Shown: piece by piece, positions 38,839 through 48,464 of the stretch
How the letters are laid out: each line of letters starts with the position of its first letter
Numbering within the stretch: position 1 is the first letter of the stretch
DNA from: an uncultured Acetobacteraceae bacterium
GTDB taxonomy: Bacteria; Pseudomonadota; Alphaproteobacteria; Acetobacterales; Acetobacteraceae
Direction of reading: 5' to 3'
Assembly (NCBI GenBank): GCA_964249255.1
Contig: CAXUBN010000001.1
Span: 1 to 53,154, forward strand
DNA length: 53,154 nt
Notes under the pieces: model-generated
What the model saw: the letters and a program-made list of their open reading frames with translations, nothing else
The model's database searches: none
Told to the model about the DNA's origin: nothing
Program-made: the position numbers and the translations under genes

Positions 38839-40278
38839 ATGGGTGTCAACATCTCAGCACTGGGTGCCAGTCCTTTGGTGTCTGGCCGGTCCATCAAGCG
38901 ACACCGGACATTCCATCTTACCCAACTGACCCTAATCATAGCCAGTGGGATGGTTCAAGCCGTCTTAGTCATGGCTGGAGCAAATGCTGCGAAACTTATC
39001 TCACCGCACTTGGCTGAGAATTATTCTATATATGATTTTGCTTTGACATGCATAATATTACTCACTTTTTTAAGTGTTGCTAGGAACTCACTTTTCAAAT
39101 TCAAAAATTCTGTTGTAACATTAGTCTGGGCGGCCTTGCTCACCGGGTTTGCAACAACATGTCGTCATCATCTCGAAGACCTCGCGGCCTTAACTATTTG
39201 GTTTCTTGTGGTTCAGCTTCTGACGACGACAGTAAACTCTGTGACCGAAAAGCTACGAAACAGGATCCTTGACACATCATCCCGGTCTCGAACGATTGCT
39301 TTCCTTGGTAATAGCCAATCTGCAGCCATGATGCTGACACAGCTTCAGCAAGACCGTAATTCCCGTGTACACGTAATTGGTTTTTTTGACGATCGCTTGA
39401 ACCGCCCTGGGCCATTAAGTGGAGTTGTCCCATGTCTGGGAACGATCAACGATTTAGTCAGCTACATCCACGATGCTGAGTTGTCAGAGGTCTACATGGC
39501 CCTGCCATGGTCCGCTGGCGAGCGAATCTCTCATCTCCTTGAACAACTCCGGTTCCTGCCCCTAACGGTTCGGCTGGTACCTGATCATGTTCCGCCAGCA
39601 CTCCCAGGGCGAGGAGACGGTCAGCTGTATGGGGTTGTCATGCCGACGCTAATGATTCCCCCATTTTCGACCGCCAATGCCCTATTTAAACGTTCTATTG
39701 ATGTTGTTGCAGCATTGTTTCTTCTTGTCCCGCTTATTCCCTTGTTTACTGTGGTTGCAATACTCTTGAAGTTGGACAGTGCAGGACCAGTCTTCTTTCG
39801 TCAGACCAGATCAGGACAATTCGGCCGTCCATTCCGGATTTTCAAATTTCGTAGTCTTCACGTGGCCCAGGCTGATACGGCTGCCGAAACTCTAGTTGTA
39901 GCGGGTGATCGCCGGGTAACCCGCGTTGGACAGGTGATACGCAAATACTCAATCGACGAGCTACCGCAAATTTTTAACGTCTTGCTTGGTCAGATGTCTT
40001 TAGTAGGCCCTCGGCCCCATGCACCACGTGCCAAGGCGGATGGTCGGATTTATGCTGAGGTCATGCCGGAATACATGATGCGATATCGGGTCAAACCCGG
40101 AATGACCGGCTGGGCACAAGTCAATGGCTGGCGTGGCAATACAGACACTGAGGAACAGCTCCGAAAGCGAGTTGAATTTGACTTTCAGTATATTGGAAGA
40201 TGGTCTTTGAAAAAGGATTTAGAAATCATTCTGCGAACAGTCCCAGCCATGCTGCTTCCACCAGCGCAAAATGTATAG
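38839..40278 (+). CDS. wcaJ: Undecaprenyl-phosphate hexose-1-phosphate transferase (WcaJ/GumD-type priming GT)
   Basis: GFFDDR, KRSID, GPVFFRQ, FKFRS, RKYSIDELPQIFNVLLGQMSLVGPRP, VKPGMTGWAQVNGWRG. Confidence 0.92.
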   Translation: MGVNISALGASPLVSGRSIKRHRTFHLTQLTLIIASGMVQAVLVMAGANAAKLISPHLAENYSIYDFALTCIILLTFLSVARNSLFKFKNSVVTLVWAALLTGFATTCRHHLEDLAALTIWFLVVQLLTTTVNSVTEKLRNRILDTSSRSRTIAFLGNSQSAAMMLTQLQQDRNSRVHVIGFFDDRLNRPGPLSGVVPCLGTINDLVSYIHDAELSEVYMALPWSAGERISHLLEQLRFLPLTVRLVPDHVPPALPGRGDGQLYGVVMPTLMIPPFSTANALFKRSIDVVAALFLLVPLIPLFTVVAILLKLDSAGPVFFRQTRSGQFGRPFRIFKFRSLHVAQADTAAETLVVAGDRRVTRVGQVIRKYSIDELPQIFNVLLGQMSLVGPRPHAPRAKADGRIYAEVMPEYMMRYRVKPGMTGWAQVNGWRGNTDTEEQLRKRVEFDFQYIGRWSLKKDLEIILRTVPAMLLPPAQNV

Positions 40279-40374
40279 ATACTTATCATATTGAATGGTC
40301 AGTGCTTTACCTAGAGTGCAAGACGACAGGTTGTTGTCTTGCCTCCACACCATCGGAACCGGGATAAAGTTAGA

Positions 40375-42654
40375 ATGGAAGCTATTATATCAACGAAACA
40401 CGAACCGTTTGGTGACGAAGTGCCGGAACCTCACTTGACCTCGATGCCAAATAATCCTTGCCCCATTGTCAGCGTCATCATGGCTAACCATAACGGCGGC
40501 AGTTTCATCGACGATGCTCTGGCTTCATGCCGCCGACAAACTCTTAAAGACATCGAGATCATCGTCATTGATGACGCTTCGACGGACAATAGCGTTGAAC
40601 GCATCGAGTGGTTCGTCCGTCAGGATGCCAGGATAATCCTGATTCGGATGACGACACAGATGGGACCGGCAGAGGCTAGAAATCAGGGTCTCCTGACTGC
40701 CAGGGGTACATGGCTTGCAGTCATGGACAGTGATGACATCATGCATCCGCAGCGACTGTCGCAACTCGTAGCGGCTGGAATACTCTACAGCGCAGATGTC
40801 GTAGCAGACAACCAGCTGGTCTTTGACAATGATCGCTTGGCTTCTGCGCGGCCGCTTCTTCCAGACAGAACGTCCCCGTTCAATGGGCCAGTTTCTATCA
40901 CAGATTATATATATTCTAATTGTCTATCACAAAAGTCGATACCTCTTGGTTACTTAAAACCTCTTATACTTAGTTCTGTTATCAAGAAAGGTACATATCT
41001 CTACAACACTACGCTTCAGATAGCGGAAGATTACGATCTTGTAGCTCGACTTCTCTTGGATGGAGCCACCTTCCGCGTGGTTCCTCAAATGACATATTTC
41101 TATCGTCGTCATTCAAAGTCTACCTCACATCGTCTGACAAGAACGGCGCTCGTGTCGATGTTGGCAGCCAATGACATTCGTGATGATCGATATGCTATCG
41201 GCGCTCGCTCCTCGACTGCGGTTCACGATGCCCTATCATGTCGTCATAAGTCGATCCAGAAAGCCATCGCCTTTGAAGATTTGGTATCAACTATCAAGTC
41301 GGGAAGATACCTGGAGGCGTTAAGGCACTGCGTGCGGAGGCCTCACGTTGTCAGATTGCTCATGACTCCGTTGCGCGATCGTCTACGTCGATCAATCATG
41401 TCACGGAAAAGTCGATCTCTATCCCCGGAGAGGACGAAACGGATCACTCTCCTGTCTCGCCAGCGCGTGGTTGGTGTCACGAACGGTAGTTCGGTGTATC
41501 TACTTGGCCTCTGCAAGGCGTTGCGTCATGCTGGCTACGACGTCGATCTAATTTCACCCTCGCCAGCGATGTTCGGCCGCTGGCCGTTTCTCAGGCTTGA
41601 TCGTAGCATGGACGTGTTTGGATCGATCCGAATCCGAGGGTCGTTCCATGTAGGTCACATCGTTGTTGCTAGAGATCCGCGTATCGCTATGCGCGCGACG
41701 GTTGGTATGATCTCTCGCCTTCTGAGCCGACTACATATGCCGCATAAGCTTACCGAGAAGAAGGCTCCCCATGCGATCGCGGTTCCCTTGACGAATGCGG
41801 ATCGCATTTTCATTGCGAACTCGTCCCAGAAATCCACGGTGATACTCGCTGATTATGCTTTCCTTAACGAAGCTATACCGTTCATGCTTCAACCGACCGT
41901 ATCAAGTGCCGTCATTATGCACGACCTATTTTTCAAGCAGGATCAGCGTCGGACCGCTGCTCCCGTTGATCGAGATACCGAAATGGAGCTGCTCGATCTG
42001 GCAGATATGGTCATCGCAATCCAGACGGATGAGGAGCAAGTCGTCAGGCAAAATCTTCCCGAAAAACCAGTCATCCTCGTACCGATGGCGGTATCACCGG
42101 TGAGCGATGCGCAGCCAGGCAAAGATGCTACCCTGTTGTTCGTCGGAAGCAACACGACACCGAACATCGACGGCATCAACTGGTTCCTCACGGACGTATG
42201 GCCTTCAGTCCTTGAACTTCATCCGGATGCCCACCTACACATCGCCGGAACCTGCTGTGGCAGTCTGGCCCACGTACCAGCCAACGTCATTCTTCTCGGA
42301 CGAGTCGATGATCTGGAAGAAGCCTATGGTCACGCTGGCGTCGTAATCTCACCCTTGCGTTCAGGTTCCGGCCTCAAGATCAAGTTGATTGAGGCGATGG
42401 GTCGAGGTAAGGCGGCCATCGTCACCGGGACAACCCTTCAAGGGGTACACCACCTCGTCGGGCATGCTGTCATGGAAGTCAATACTGCTGAGGAGTTTGT
42501 CAGGGCTATCGGTGGCTTACTTCATGATCCTGTGGAACGAGCCCGACTTGGCGGCGAGGCCCTCGTGATCGCGACAACACATTTTTCACCATCGGCCTGC
42601 TATCGGGATCTGCTGACCTTTGTTCGCAGCGCAGACGAGTATCGATCCCGCTGA
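40375..42654 (+). CDS. Bifunctional glycosyltransferase, GT2 (ExoO/ExoU-like) fused to GT4 (start uncertain)
   Basis: N-terminal DDASTD, GPAEARN, MDSDD, GYLKP, AEDY, YRRH; C-terminal FVGSN..PNIDG..WF and SPLRSGSGLKIKLIEAM. Confidence 0.88.
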   Translation: MEAIISTKHEPFGDEVPEPHLTSMPNNPCPIVSVIMANHNGGSFIDDALASCRRQTLKDIEIIVIDDASTDNSVERIEWFVRQDARIILIRMTTQMGPAEARNQGLLTARGTWLAVMDSDDIMHPQRLSQLVAAGILYSADVVADNQLVFDNDRLASARPLLPDRTSPFNGPVSITDYIYSNCLSQKSIPLGYLKPLILSSVIKKGTYLYNTTLQIAEDYDLVARLLLDGATFRVVPQMTYFYRRHSKSTSHRLTRTALVSMLAANDIRDDRYAIGARSSTAVHDALSCRHKSIQKAIAFEDLVSTIKSGRYLEALRHCVRRPHVVRLLMTPLRDRLRRSIMSRKSRSLSPERTKRITLLSRQRVVGVTNGSSVYLLGLCKALRHAGYDVDLISPSPAMFGRWPFLRLDRSMDVFGSIRIRGSFHVGHIVVARDPRIAMRATVGMISRLLSRLHMPHKLTEKKAPHAIAVPLTNADRIFIANSSQKSTVILADYAFLNEAIPFMLQPTVSSAVIMHDLFFKQDQRRTAAPVDRDTEMELLDLADMVIAIQTDEEQVVRQNLPEKPVILVPMAVSPVSDAQPGKDATLLFVGSNTTPNIDGINWFLTDVWPSVLELHPDAHLHIAGTCCGSLAHVPANVILLGRVDDLEEAYGHAGVVISPLRSGSGLKIKLIEAMGRGKAAIVTGTTLQGVHHLVGHAVMEVNTAEEFVRAIGGLLHDPVERARLGGEALVIATTHFSPSACYRDLLTFVRSADEYRSR

Positions 42655-42702
42655 TCCCATGGATCAGTCTCACCATCTGGCCGGCTCTCGAAAGGCTCCT
42701 CG

Positions 42703-44742
42703 ATGAACACCTCGTTCCCCAACATGTCGACGTTGTTGGGCGCGGCTCGGGATCAGCCTCGCCCATTCGCCTGGATCAACGAGCTATCCGGTTTCCTCCG
42801 GAGGAACTGGCGCATCCTGGCCGTGTCGGCTGGAGTGGTGGTGGTAACAGCCTTGACCTATGTCGGCCTCTCGAAGCCGCGTTTCACAGCCAGTACAACC
42901 TTACTTATCGACGCGAAACTTTCGGAGCTGCTTCAAGAACATCCCATCACGGTCGACGCACAAGTCCAGAATGCCCAGATTGAAAGTGAAGTTGAGGTCT
43001 TGCGGTCTGCCGGGCTCGCCAGGAAGGTGCTGATCAAACTCGATCTCGTCAACGATCCGGCCTTCAGTGAACGACCATCAACCTTCAGCTTTGGTGACTG
43101 GTTCCCATCGTATCCGTTCCGATCATCTGGCGGTGAGCCGATAAGCAAAGATGTGGTGGAGGATCGCCAGGTTGCTCGCCTACTGACGATGGTCGCCCCG
43201 CATCGGATTGGCTTGACCTATGTCATTGACATCGATGCGACGGCGACAAGCCCCATCCTGGCCGCAAAGCTGGCCAATGGCTGGGCCGATGCCTACATCG
43301 CAGAGCAATCGGATGTCCGGGATACGGCCGCTCGACAGTCAGCAGGCTGGATCCAGGCCAGGCTGCTGCAACTTCAAGATCAGGCTGTCCAGGCGGATCA
43401 GGCGGCACAGCGCTTCAAGTCGAACAGTGGGATCGTCGATACAGGTCGTGGTCTTCTCAACGAACAGCAACTGGCCGAACTGAACAGCCAGCTGATCGTC
43501 GCTCGCGGAAAGACGGCTGAGGCGGTCGCTCGGCTGGATCGGGTTCGTCGGATGACCAGGTCGCAGGGCTGGGCCGACATGGCGACGTCGGACATGCTGC
43601 AGAGTCCGGTGATTAATTCCCTGCGTGAGCGATATCTGACTGACTCCCGGCATGTTGCTCAATGGTCGGTGTTGTATGGGCATGATCATGCGGCGGTCGC
43701 TCTTCTGAGACAGGAGATGGTTCAAATACAGGTGTCGATCAACAGCGAGATCCGGCGGATCGAGGCGACCACGCTGAACGATGTGGACGTCGATCGTGCC
43801 AGCGAGGCGGCGATCAATGCTCAGCTGGATGCCGTGGTCACGCAATCGCAGACGATGAACAAGGCACGCGCCACGCTCCGGTCGCTGCAGAGTTCAGCCG
43901 ATGCCTATCGCTCGCTCTATGTCGCCTTTCTTCAGCGTGCGACGCAGGCAACACAGGATGAGGCGTTCCCGGTGGCGGACGCGCGCATCGTCACGCAGGC
44001 TAGGCCGCCGCTGAAGAAGAGCAAGCCGCAAGGTAAACTGATCCTGCTCGGAGCGACCATCGTCGGGCTTGGTATTGGCACTGTCTTGGGTCTGCTGCGG
44101 GATGCCCTCGATCGACGGATCCGGGATGCCACCGACCTCACCGGTCAGACTGGTCTTTATTGCCTTGCGACATTGCCGACGATCGGATCCCCGATGGTTC
44201 GGCGCACATGGCTAGGGCGGCGAGTGAAGACGGAATCGCGGGACGCGATAGTGGAGACGTCAGTCAGGCATTATGCCGTCGATCATCCGGAGACACCCTT
44301 TGGTCTTGGCATCAGCAGGTTACAGCTTCGCCTGCGGCAGCGAACTGCTGGCACTGGGGGCAGGTTGATTGGCTTGATCGCGGCAACGCATGGCACCGGC
44401 ACGACCACCATTGCGTCGAACCTCGTCCATTCGATGTCGCATTTTGGACATGATGTAGCCCGTTTGGACTTGTCCATCACACAGGGATCACGGGAACGGA
44501 TCCGGGAGAGGATGGATCAGTTAAGACATGCTCATGACATCGTCGTGATCGACTTTCCAGCCTTATCCAGGCCGTGCGAGGCCCACGCGGTCTTCGCCGA
44601 CATCGATGACATGGCGCTCCTCGTGAATGCGGGCCGTCTCGACGGCGTCACCTTGCTGGATCGCCTCCGCGATGGTGGTCTCGATCGGCGCGGTCTATGT
44701 GGCGTGGTGCTGAACAACGTCCGTGATCAGACCATGGGATGA
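42703..44742 (+). CDS. wzc: Wzc/ExoP-like polysaccharide co-polymerase with degenerate kinase domain
   Basis: TM1, FTASTTLLID, ESEVEVLRS, long coiled-coil region, ARIVT.A.PP.KKSKP before TM2; short C-domain ending GVVLN. Confidence 0.88.
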   Translation: MNTSFPNMSTLLGAARDQPRPFAWINELSGFLRRNWRILAVSAGVVVVTALTYVGLSKPRFTASTTLLIDAKLSELLQEHPITVDAQVQNAQIESEVEVLRSAGLARKVLIKLDLVNDPAFSERPSTFSFGDWFPSYPFRSSGGEPISKDVVEDRQVARLLTMVAPHRIGLTYVIDIDATATSPILAAKLANGWADAYIAEQSDVRDTAARQSAGWIQARLLQLQDQAVQADQAAQRFKSNSGIVDTGRGLLNEQQLAELNSQLIVARGKTAEAVARLDRVRRMTRSQGWADMATSDMLQSPVINSLRERYLTDSRHVAQWSVLYGHDHAAVALLRQEMVQIQVSINSEIRRIEATTLNDVDVDRASEAAINAQLDAVVTQSQTMNKARATLRSLQSSADAYRSLYVAFLQRATQATQDEAFPVADARIVTQARPPLKKSKPQGKLILLGATIVGLGIGTVLGLLRDALDRRIRDATDLTGQTGLYCLATLPTIGSPMVRRTWLGRRVKTESRDAIVETSVRHYAVDHPETPFGLGISRLQLRLRQRTAGTGGRLIGLIAATHGTGTTTIASNLVHSMSHFGHDVARLDLSITQGSRERIRERMDQLRHAHDIVVIDFPALSRPCEAHAVFADIDDMALLVNAGRLDGVTLLDRLRDGGLDRRGLCGVVLNNVRDQTMG

Positions 44743-44802
44743 ATCAAGGCACAATATCGGGCGAATTGGCCATTCAGCTCCAGCATCGGGACGGATGACG
44801 TC

Positions 44803-46080
44803 GTGGACGCACGATTGCCCATGAAATTGACAGGATATCCGGCCGCTGACCAACCGACTCGGATCGCGGTGGCTAGCTCGTACTCCCCGGTCTGGTGGCT
44901 TTCCTTCCTATCCCTGACCGGTTTCGTGCTCGGCACCCGATTGGGATCGCTCGCCATCGCCGTGTGTCTGGGCACCTGGGGACTCTACATGGCCGCTTGG
45001 CCAGATCGATGCTGGCGATGGTTGGAAGCGTATCGTCTGCCCTTACTACTTCCCGTCTTCGCGATCGCCTCCGCCCTTTGGTCGATCGAACCGGGCGTCT
45101 CGTTCAAGCTTGGAATCGAGTTCCTAGCGTTCACCGCAATGGGCATCGTGGCGTCGCGGGCGCAGACCTTGCGGAGCCTGATCTCGTCGTTCATGTGCGC
45201 CCTGCTGGTCGGTGTCCTGTTGAGCGCGGTACTGCGCACTACGGCGGTCATCGGGACTACCGGCGAGATCGCCCTGATTGGGGTATTCGGCAGCAAGAAC
45301 AACCTCGCCAGCTTCGTGTGCCTGTCAATGATCAGCAGCATCTCGGTTCTGCTGGACAGAAAGCAGCCCCGTTCGCTTCGCGGGTTGGCGTTGGTCGGGT
45401 TGATTCTTGATCCAGTCGTGCTGATCAAGGCGCACTCGCTTGGAGCCCTGCTTGCGGGTGGCGCTGCCATCGCCACGACACTCGCCTTCATTCTACTCTC
45501 ACGAATGTCTTCTCAACAAAGAAGCCTTATCTTGCCGCTGATGGCGATCCTCACGATCGGCTTCGCAGGTTTTGTTGCACTGGCCTTCCAGCAAGGCTTT
45601 GACCTGTCCAGCATCCTGGCCGCGGCGGGCAAAGATGTCAGCCTGACCGGCCGGACGTTCCTATGGTCGAGGGCGCGTGACTACATCAGCGTCCGACCGC
45701 TCCTTGGCGTTGGTTACCAGTCATTTTGGGTACAGGGACATGTCGAGGCCGAGGCACTATGGCGGTTCGCGCAAATCCAGAGCCGCAGCGGCTTTCACTT
45801 CCACAACCTATACTACGAGACGGCGGTTGAGCTGGGTCAGCTCGGCGTCGCAATCCTGGGCTTGTCCCTGGTCTTATCGGCTGCGTCAGGTATTCGATCT
45901 GGCTTCGTGAGACCATGTTGCGAGACCGCGTTTCTCTGCGGCCTGATCGTCTTCTACGCGATCCGCCTCAGCGTCGAGCTCGACTTCCTGGATCCCTTTT
46001 CACCGGGCAGCTTCCTGCTCCCCGCCATTTGGGTTTACTCCTGCCACTGGCGTGACCCGAGGCCGGACCGGCAGTTCTGA
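44803..46080 (+). CDS. wzy: Wzy/ExoQ-like polysaccharide polymerase
   Basis: GVFGSKNNL, GKDVSLTGRTFLW, RPLLGVGYQSFW, FHFHNLY.E..VELG; multiple TM segments. Confidence 0.85.
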   Translation: MDARLPMKLTGYPAADQPTRIAVASSYSPVWWLSFLSLTGFVLGTRLGSLAIAVCLGTWGLYMAAWPDRCWRWLEAYRLPLLLPVFAIASALWSIEPGVSFKLGIEFLAFTAMGIVASRAQTLRSLISSFMCALLVGVLLSAVLRTTAVIGTTGEIALIGVFGSKNNLASFVCLSMISSISVLLDRKQPRSLRGLALVGLILDPVVLIKAHSLGALLAGGAAIATTLAFILLSRMSSQQRSLILPLMAILTIGFAGFVALAFQQGFDLSSILAAAGKDVSLTGRTFLWSRARDYISVRPLLGVGYQSFWVQGHVEAEALWRFAQIQSRSGFHFHNLYYETAVELGQLGVAILGLSLVLSAASGIRSGFVRPCCETAFLCGLIVFYAIRLSVELDFLDPFSPGSFLLPAIWVYSCHWRDPRPDRQF

Positions 46081-46410
46081 CCTGGAGGGGTGCGCTGGTT
46101 GGCTGAATCATTCCGCACCGGTCTTGCTGCGCGGGTTGCGGCAGACCAGCATCACGCCGGTAACCGGCGCCGCCCCGCCGGCATCCGGCCTGATCGTTCT
46201 CAGCCACGGGTAGGATGCGTTGACAGGATGCATGAGCCTGGGATGGATGGTCTTGGCTTGAAAAGCATCTGCATCACGGTATCACCCTCCTCGGGACGGT
46301 GACGTTCCCTTCGAATAAGCCCGCCTTGGCCTCAAACGACTTCCTCGCGACTCGTTGCGCATCACATCGTCATCAGGAGATACCGCCATGCCCTGTCTGG
46401 CCGTGGTTTC

Positions 46411-47775
46411 GTGACCGTCGAACTGCGTAGAGATCTTTCGCGGCGTCAGATCGAGTTTCTGGCCCTCGGTGGCACCATCGGCGCCGGGCTGTTCCTGGGC
46501 TCTGGCCAGGCGCTACATATGGCTGGTCCGGCACTGCTGCCGGCCTACGCCCTGTGCGGCCTAGTGGCCTACATCATCGCGCGCTGCCTTGGCGAGCTGG
46601 CGCTGGCGGATCCCGGGCAGGGCACCTTCGTCAACCATATCGGCAGCCAGCTCGGTCCGGCGGTCGCCTTCGTCAGCGGCTGGAGCTACTGGATCACGAT
46701 GATTGTGGTGTGCATGGCCGAAGTCACCGCGGTCGGCCTCCTGATGCATGCGTGGTTCCCAACGTTACCGCAATGGATACCAGCGTTGTTGGTTCTCCTG
46801 CTGCTGTTCCTCGTCAACCGAGGTGCCGTACGGGTGTTCGGCGAGACGGAGTTCTGGCTGGCGCTGCTCAAGATCGCCACCATCGTCGGCTTCATCCTGC
46901 TTGGGCTAGCCGCGGTGGTGGCACCGGCGCGTCTCGATCTGGCCGGCGCCCACGTTTCCAATCTTTGGCATCCGGGCGGCGTATTTCCGACCGGACTCCT
47001 GGGTTTCCTTGCCATCCTGCCGATCGCGCTGTTTCCCTTCGGCGGGATCGAGTTGATCAGCCTTGCCGCCGCCGAGACCGCCGACCCGCGGCGGACGTTG
47101 CCACGAGCGGTGAACGGCGTGCTGTTGCGGGTGCTGATCTTCTACCTCGGCGCGATGGCGGCCCTGCTGGTGCTTCTGCCCTGGACCGAGGTCGTTCCAG
47201 GCTCAAGCCCGTTCGTGCTGGTGCTGCGCCGGCTCGATGTGCCGTTTGCCGCCGGCTTCCTGAACGTGGTGCTGATCACCGCGGTCACCTCGTCATGTAA
47301 CTCGATCCTGTTCGGCGCCACCCGTGCGATGCGCTCGCTGGCGCTGGATGGTGGTGCACCGGCTAGCTGGGCGCAATCCAACCGCCACGGTGTCCCGGTC
47401 CGGGCCGTGCTGGTCTCGATCGCCGCGATCTCGCTCACGATCGGGCTGAACTACCTCCTTCCAACCGAGATCTTCGGCCTGCTGCTTCAGATGACGGCAC
47501 TCGTCATCACCGTGAACTGGAGCTTCATCGTCCTGGCCCATCTGCGCTATCGGCGTGGCCGGAGACGAGACAAGTTGCATTTTCCCGCGCCCTGGACGCC
47601 GTGGTCGAACTACCTGGTTCTGTTGTTCGTGCTGACGGTGCTGGCAATCCTGGCAATCGACGGCACCGCACGCGGTCCGCTGCTGTTGGCCATGCTCACC
47701 TTCGGGACGCTGACGTTGGTCGCCAGGCTGCGCCGTCGCCCACGATCCGACCCGGAGGGATCGTTCCCGTCATGA
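46411..47775 (+). CDS. APC-family amino acid permease (AroP/CycA-like)
   Basis: LSRRQIEFLALGGTIGAGLFLGSG, GWSYW, FGETEFWLALLKI, FGGIEL, SPFV. Confidence 0.92.
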   Translation: MTVELRRDLSRRQIEFLALGGTIGAGLFLGSGQALHMAGPALLPAYALCGLVAYIIARCLGELALADPGQGTFVNHIGSQLGPAVAFVSGWSYWITMIVVCMAEVTAVGLLMHAWFPTLPQWIPALLVLLLLFLVNRGAVRVFGETEFWLALLKIATIVGFILLGLAAVVAPARLDLAGAHVSNLWHPGGVFPTGLLGFLAILPIALFPFGGIELISLAAAETADPRRTLPRAVNGVLLRVLIFYLGAMAALLVLLPWTEVVPGSSPFVLVLRRLDVPFAAGFLNVVLITAVTSSCNSILFGATRAMRSLALDGGAPASWAQSNRHGVPVRAVLVSIAAISLTIGLNYLLPTEIFGLLLQMTALVITVNWSFIVLAHLRYRRGRRRDKLHFPAPWTPWSNYLVLLFVLTVLAILAIDGTARGPLLLAMLTFGTLTLVARLRRRPRSDPEGSFPS

Positions 47776-47866
47776 AATCCTTGGTCGCGATGGCACTGCC
47801 GGATGAGCTTGTCGTCGGCTCACCGACGTTCTAGGCAGGAAAAACATCAGCAAAAACGGAACGGCC

Positions 47867-48313
47867 ATGGCACGCGCGACAACTCCCCGCACTTCCGCAA
47901 GAACAACCGCGATAACGACGGCCGCCAAACGGTCCGGCCGGCCGGTGGGCTCACGGAACAAAGGGCCCACGACAGTAAAGACCAGCAAGGCGTCGACCAC
48001 CACCGGACGCGCGTCACCGAAACCATCGGCCGCCTCATCGACGCCGAAGATGAGCAAGGCAGACCTCCAACTTCACGTCGCCAAGCTGGAGCGCAGCATT
48101 GTCCGCCTCCGCAAGCAGAACGCGGAACTGAAGCAGGATGCCCATAGTCACGTCGAAAAGGCTTCCCCCAGGAAGACGGCCCCGAAGAGCGTTGTCGTCA
48201 AGCCCAAGCGAGCCGCGGCATCCAAGGGCCGCCGCCAACCGGCAAGGACATCCAATCAGGTATCTGGACCGCTGGATCATGACGATGACGTCGTCGGACG
48301 CGCTGACGCATAG
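47867..48313 (+). CDS. Hypothetical basic low-complexity protein with a short coiled coil
   Basis: K/R/T/S/A-rich; MSKADLQLHVAKLERSIVRLRKQNAELK heptad pattern; acidic tail. Confidence 0.6.
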   Translation: MARATTPRTSARTTAITTAAKRSGRPVGSRNKGPTTVKTSKASTTTGRASPKPSAASSTPKMSKADLQLHVAKLERSIVRLRKQNAELKQDAHSHVEKASPRKTAPKSVVVKPKRAAASKGRRQPARTSNQVSGPLDHDDDVVGRADA

Positions 48314-48464
48314 GTTGGCGTGGTTCGTAGTCCGGCAGGAAGTGGAACGTCATCCCGAAGTTGTTGAACGGTCCCAGATCATCGCGAGCATGATGGACCT
48401 GAGGTTAGCCGCGCACTCGTGAGCGGCCGTCCCGCAACTTGGCAAGGTCTGCGGCGTCGGACTG

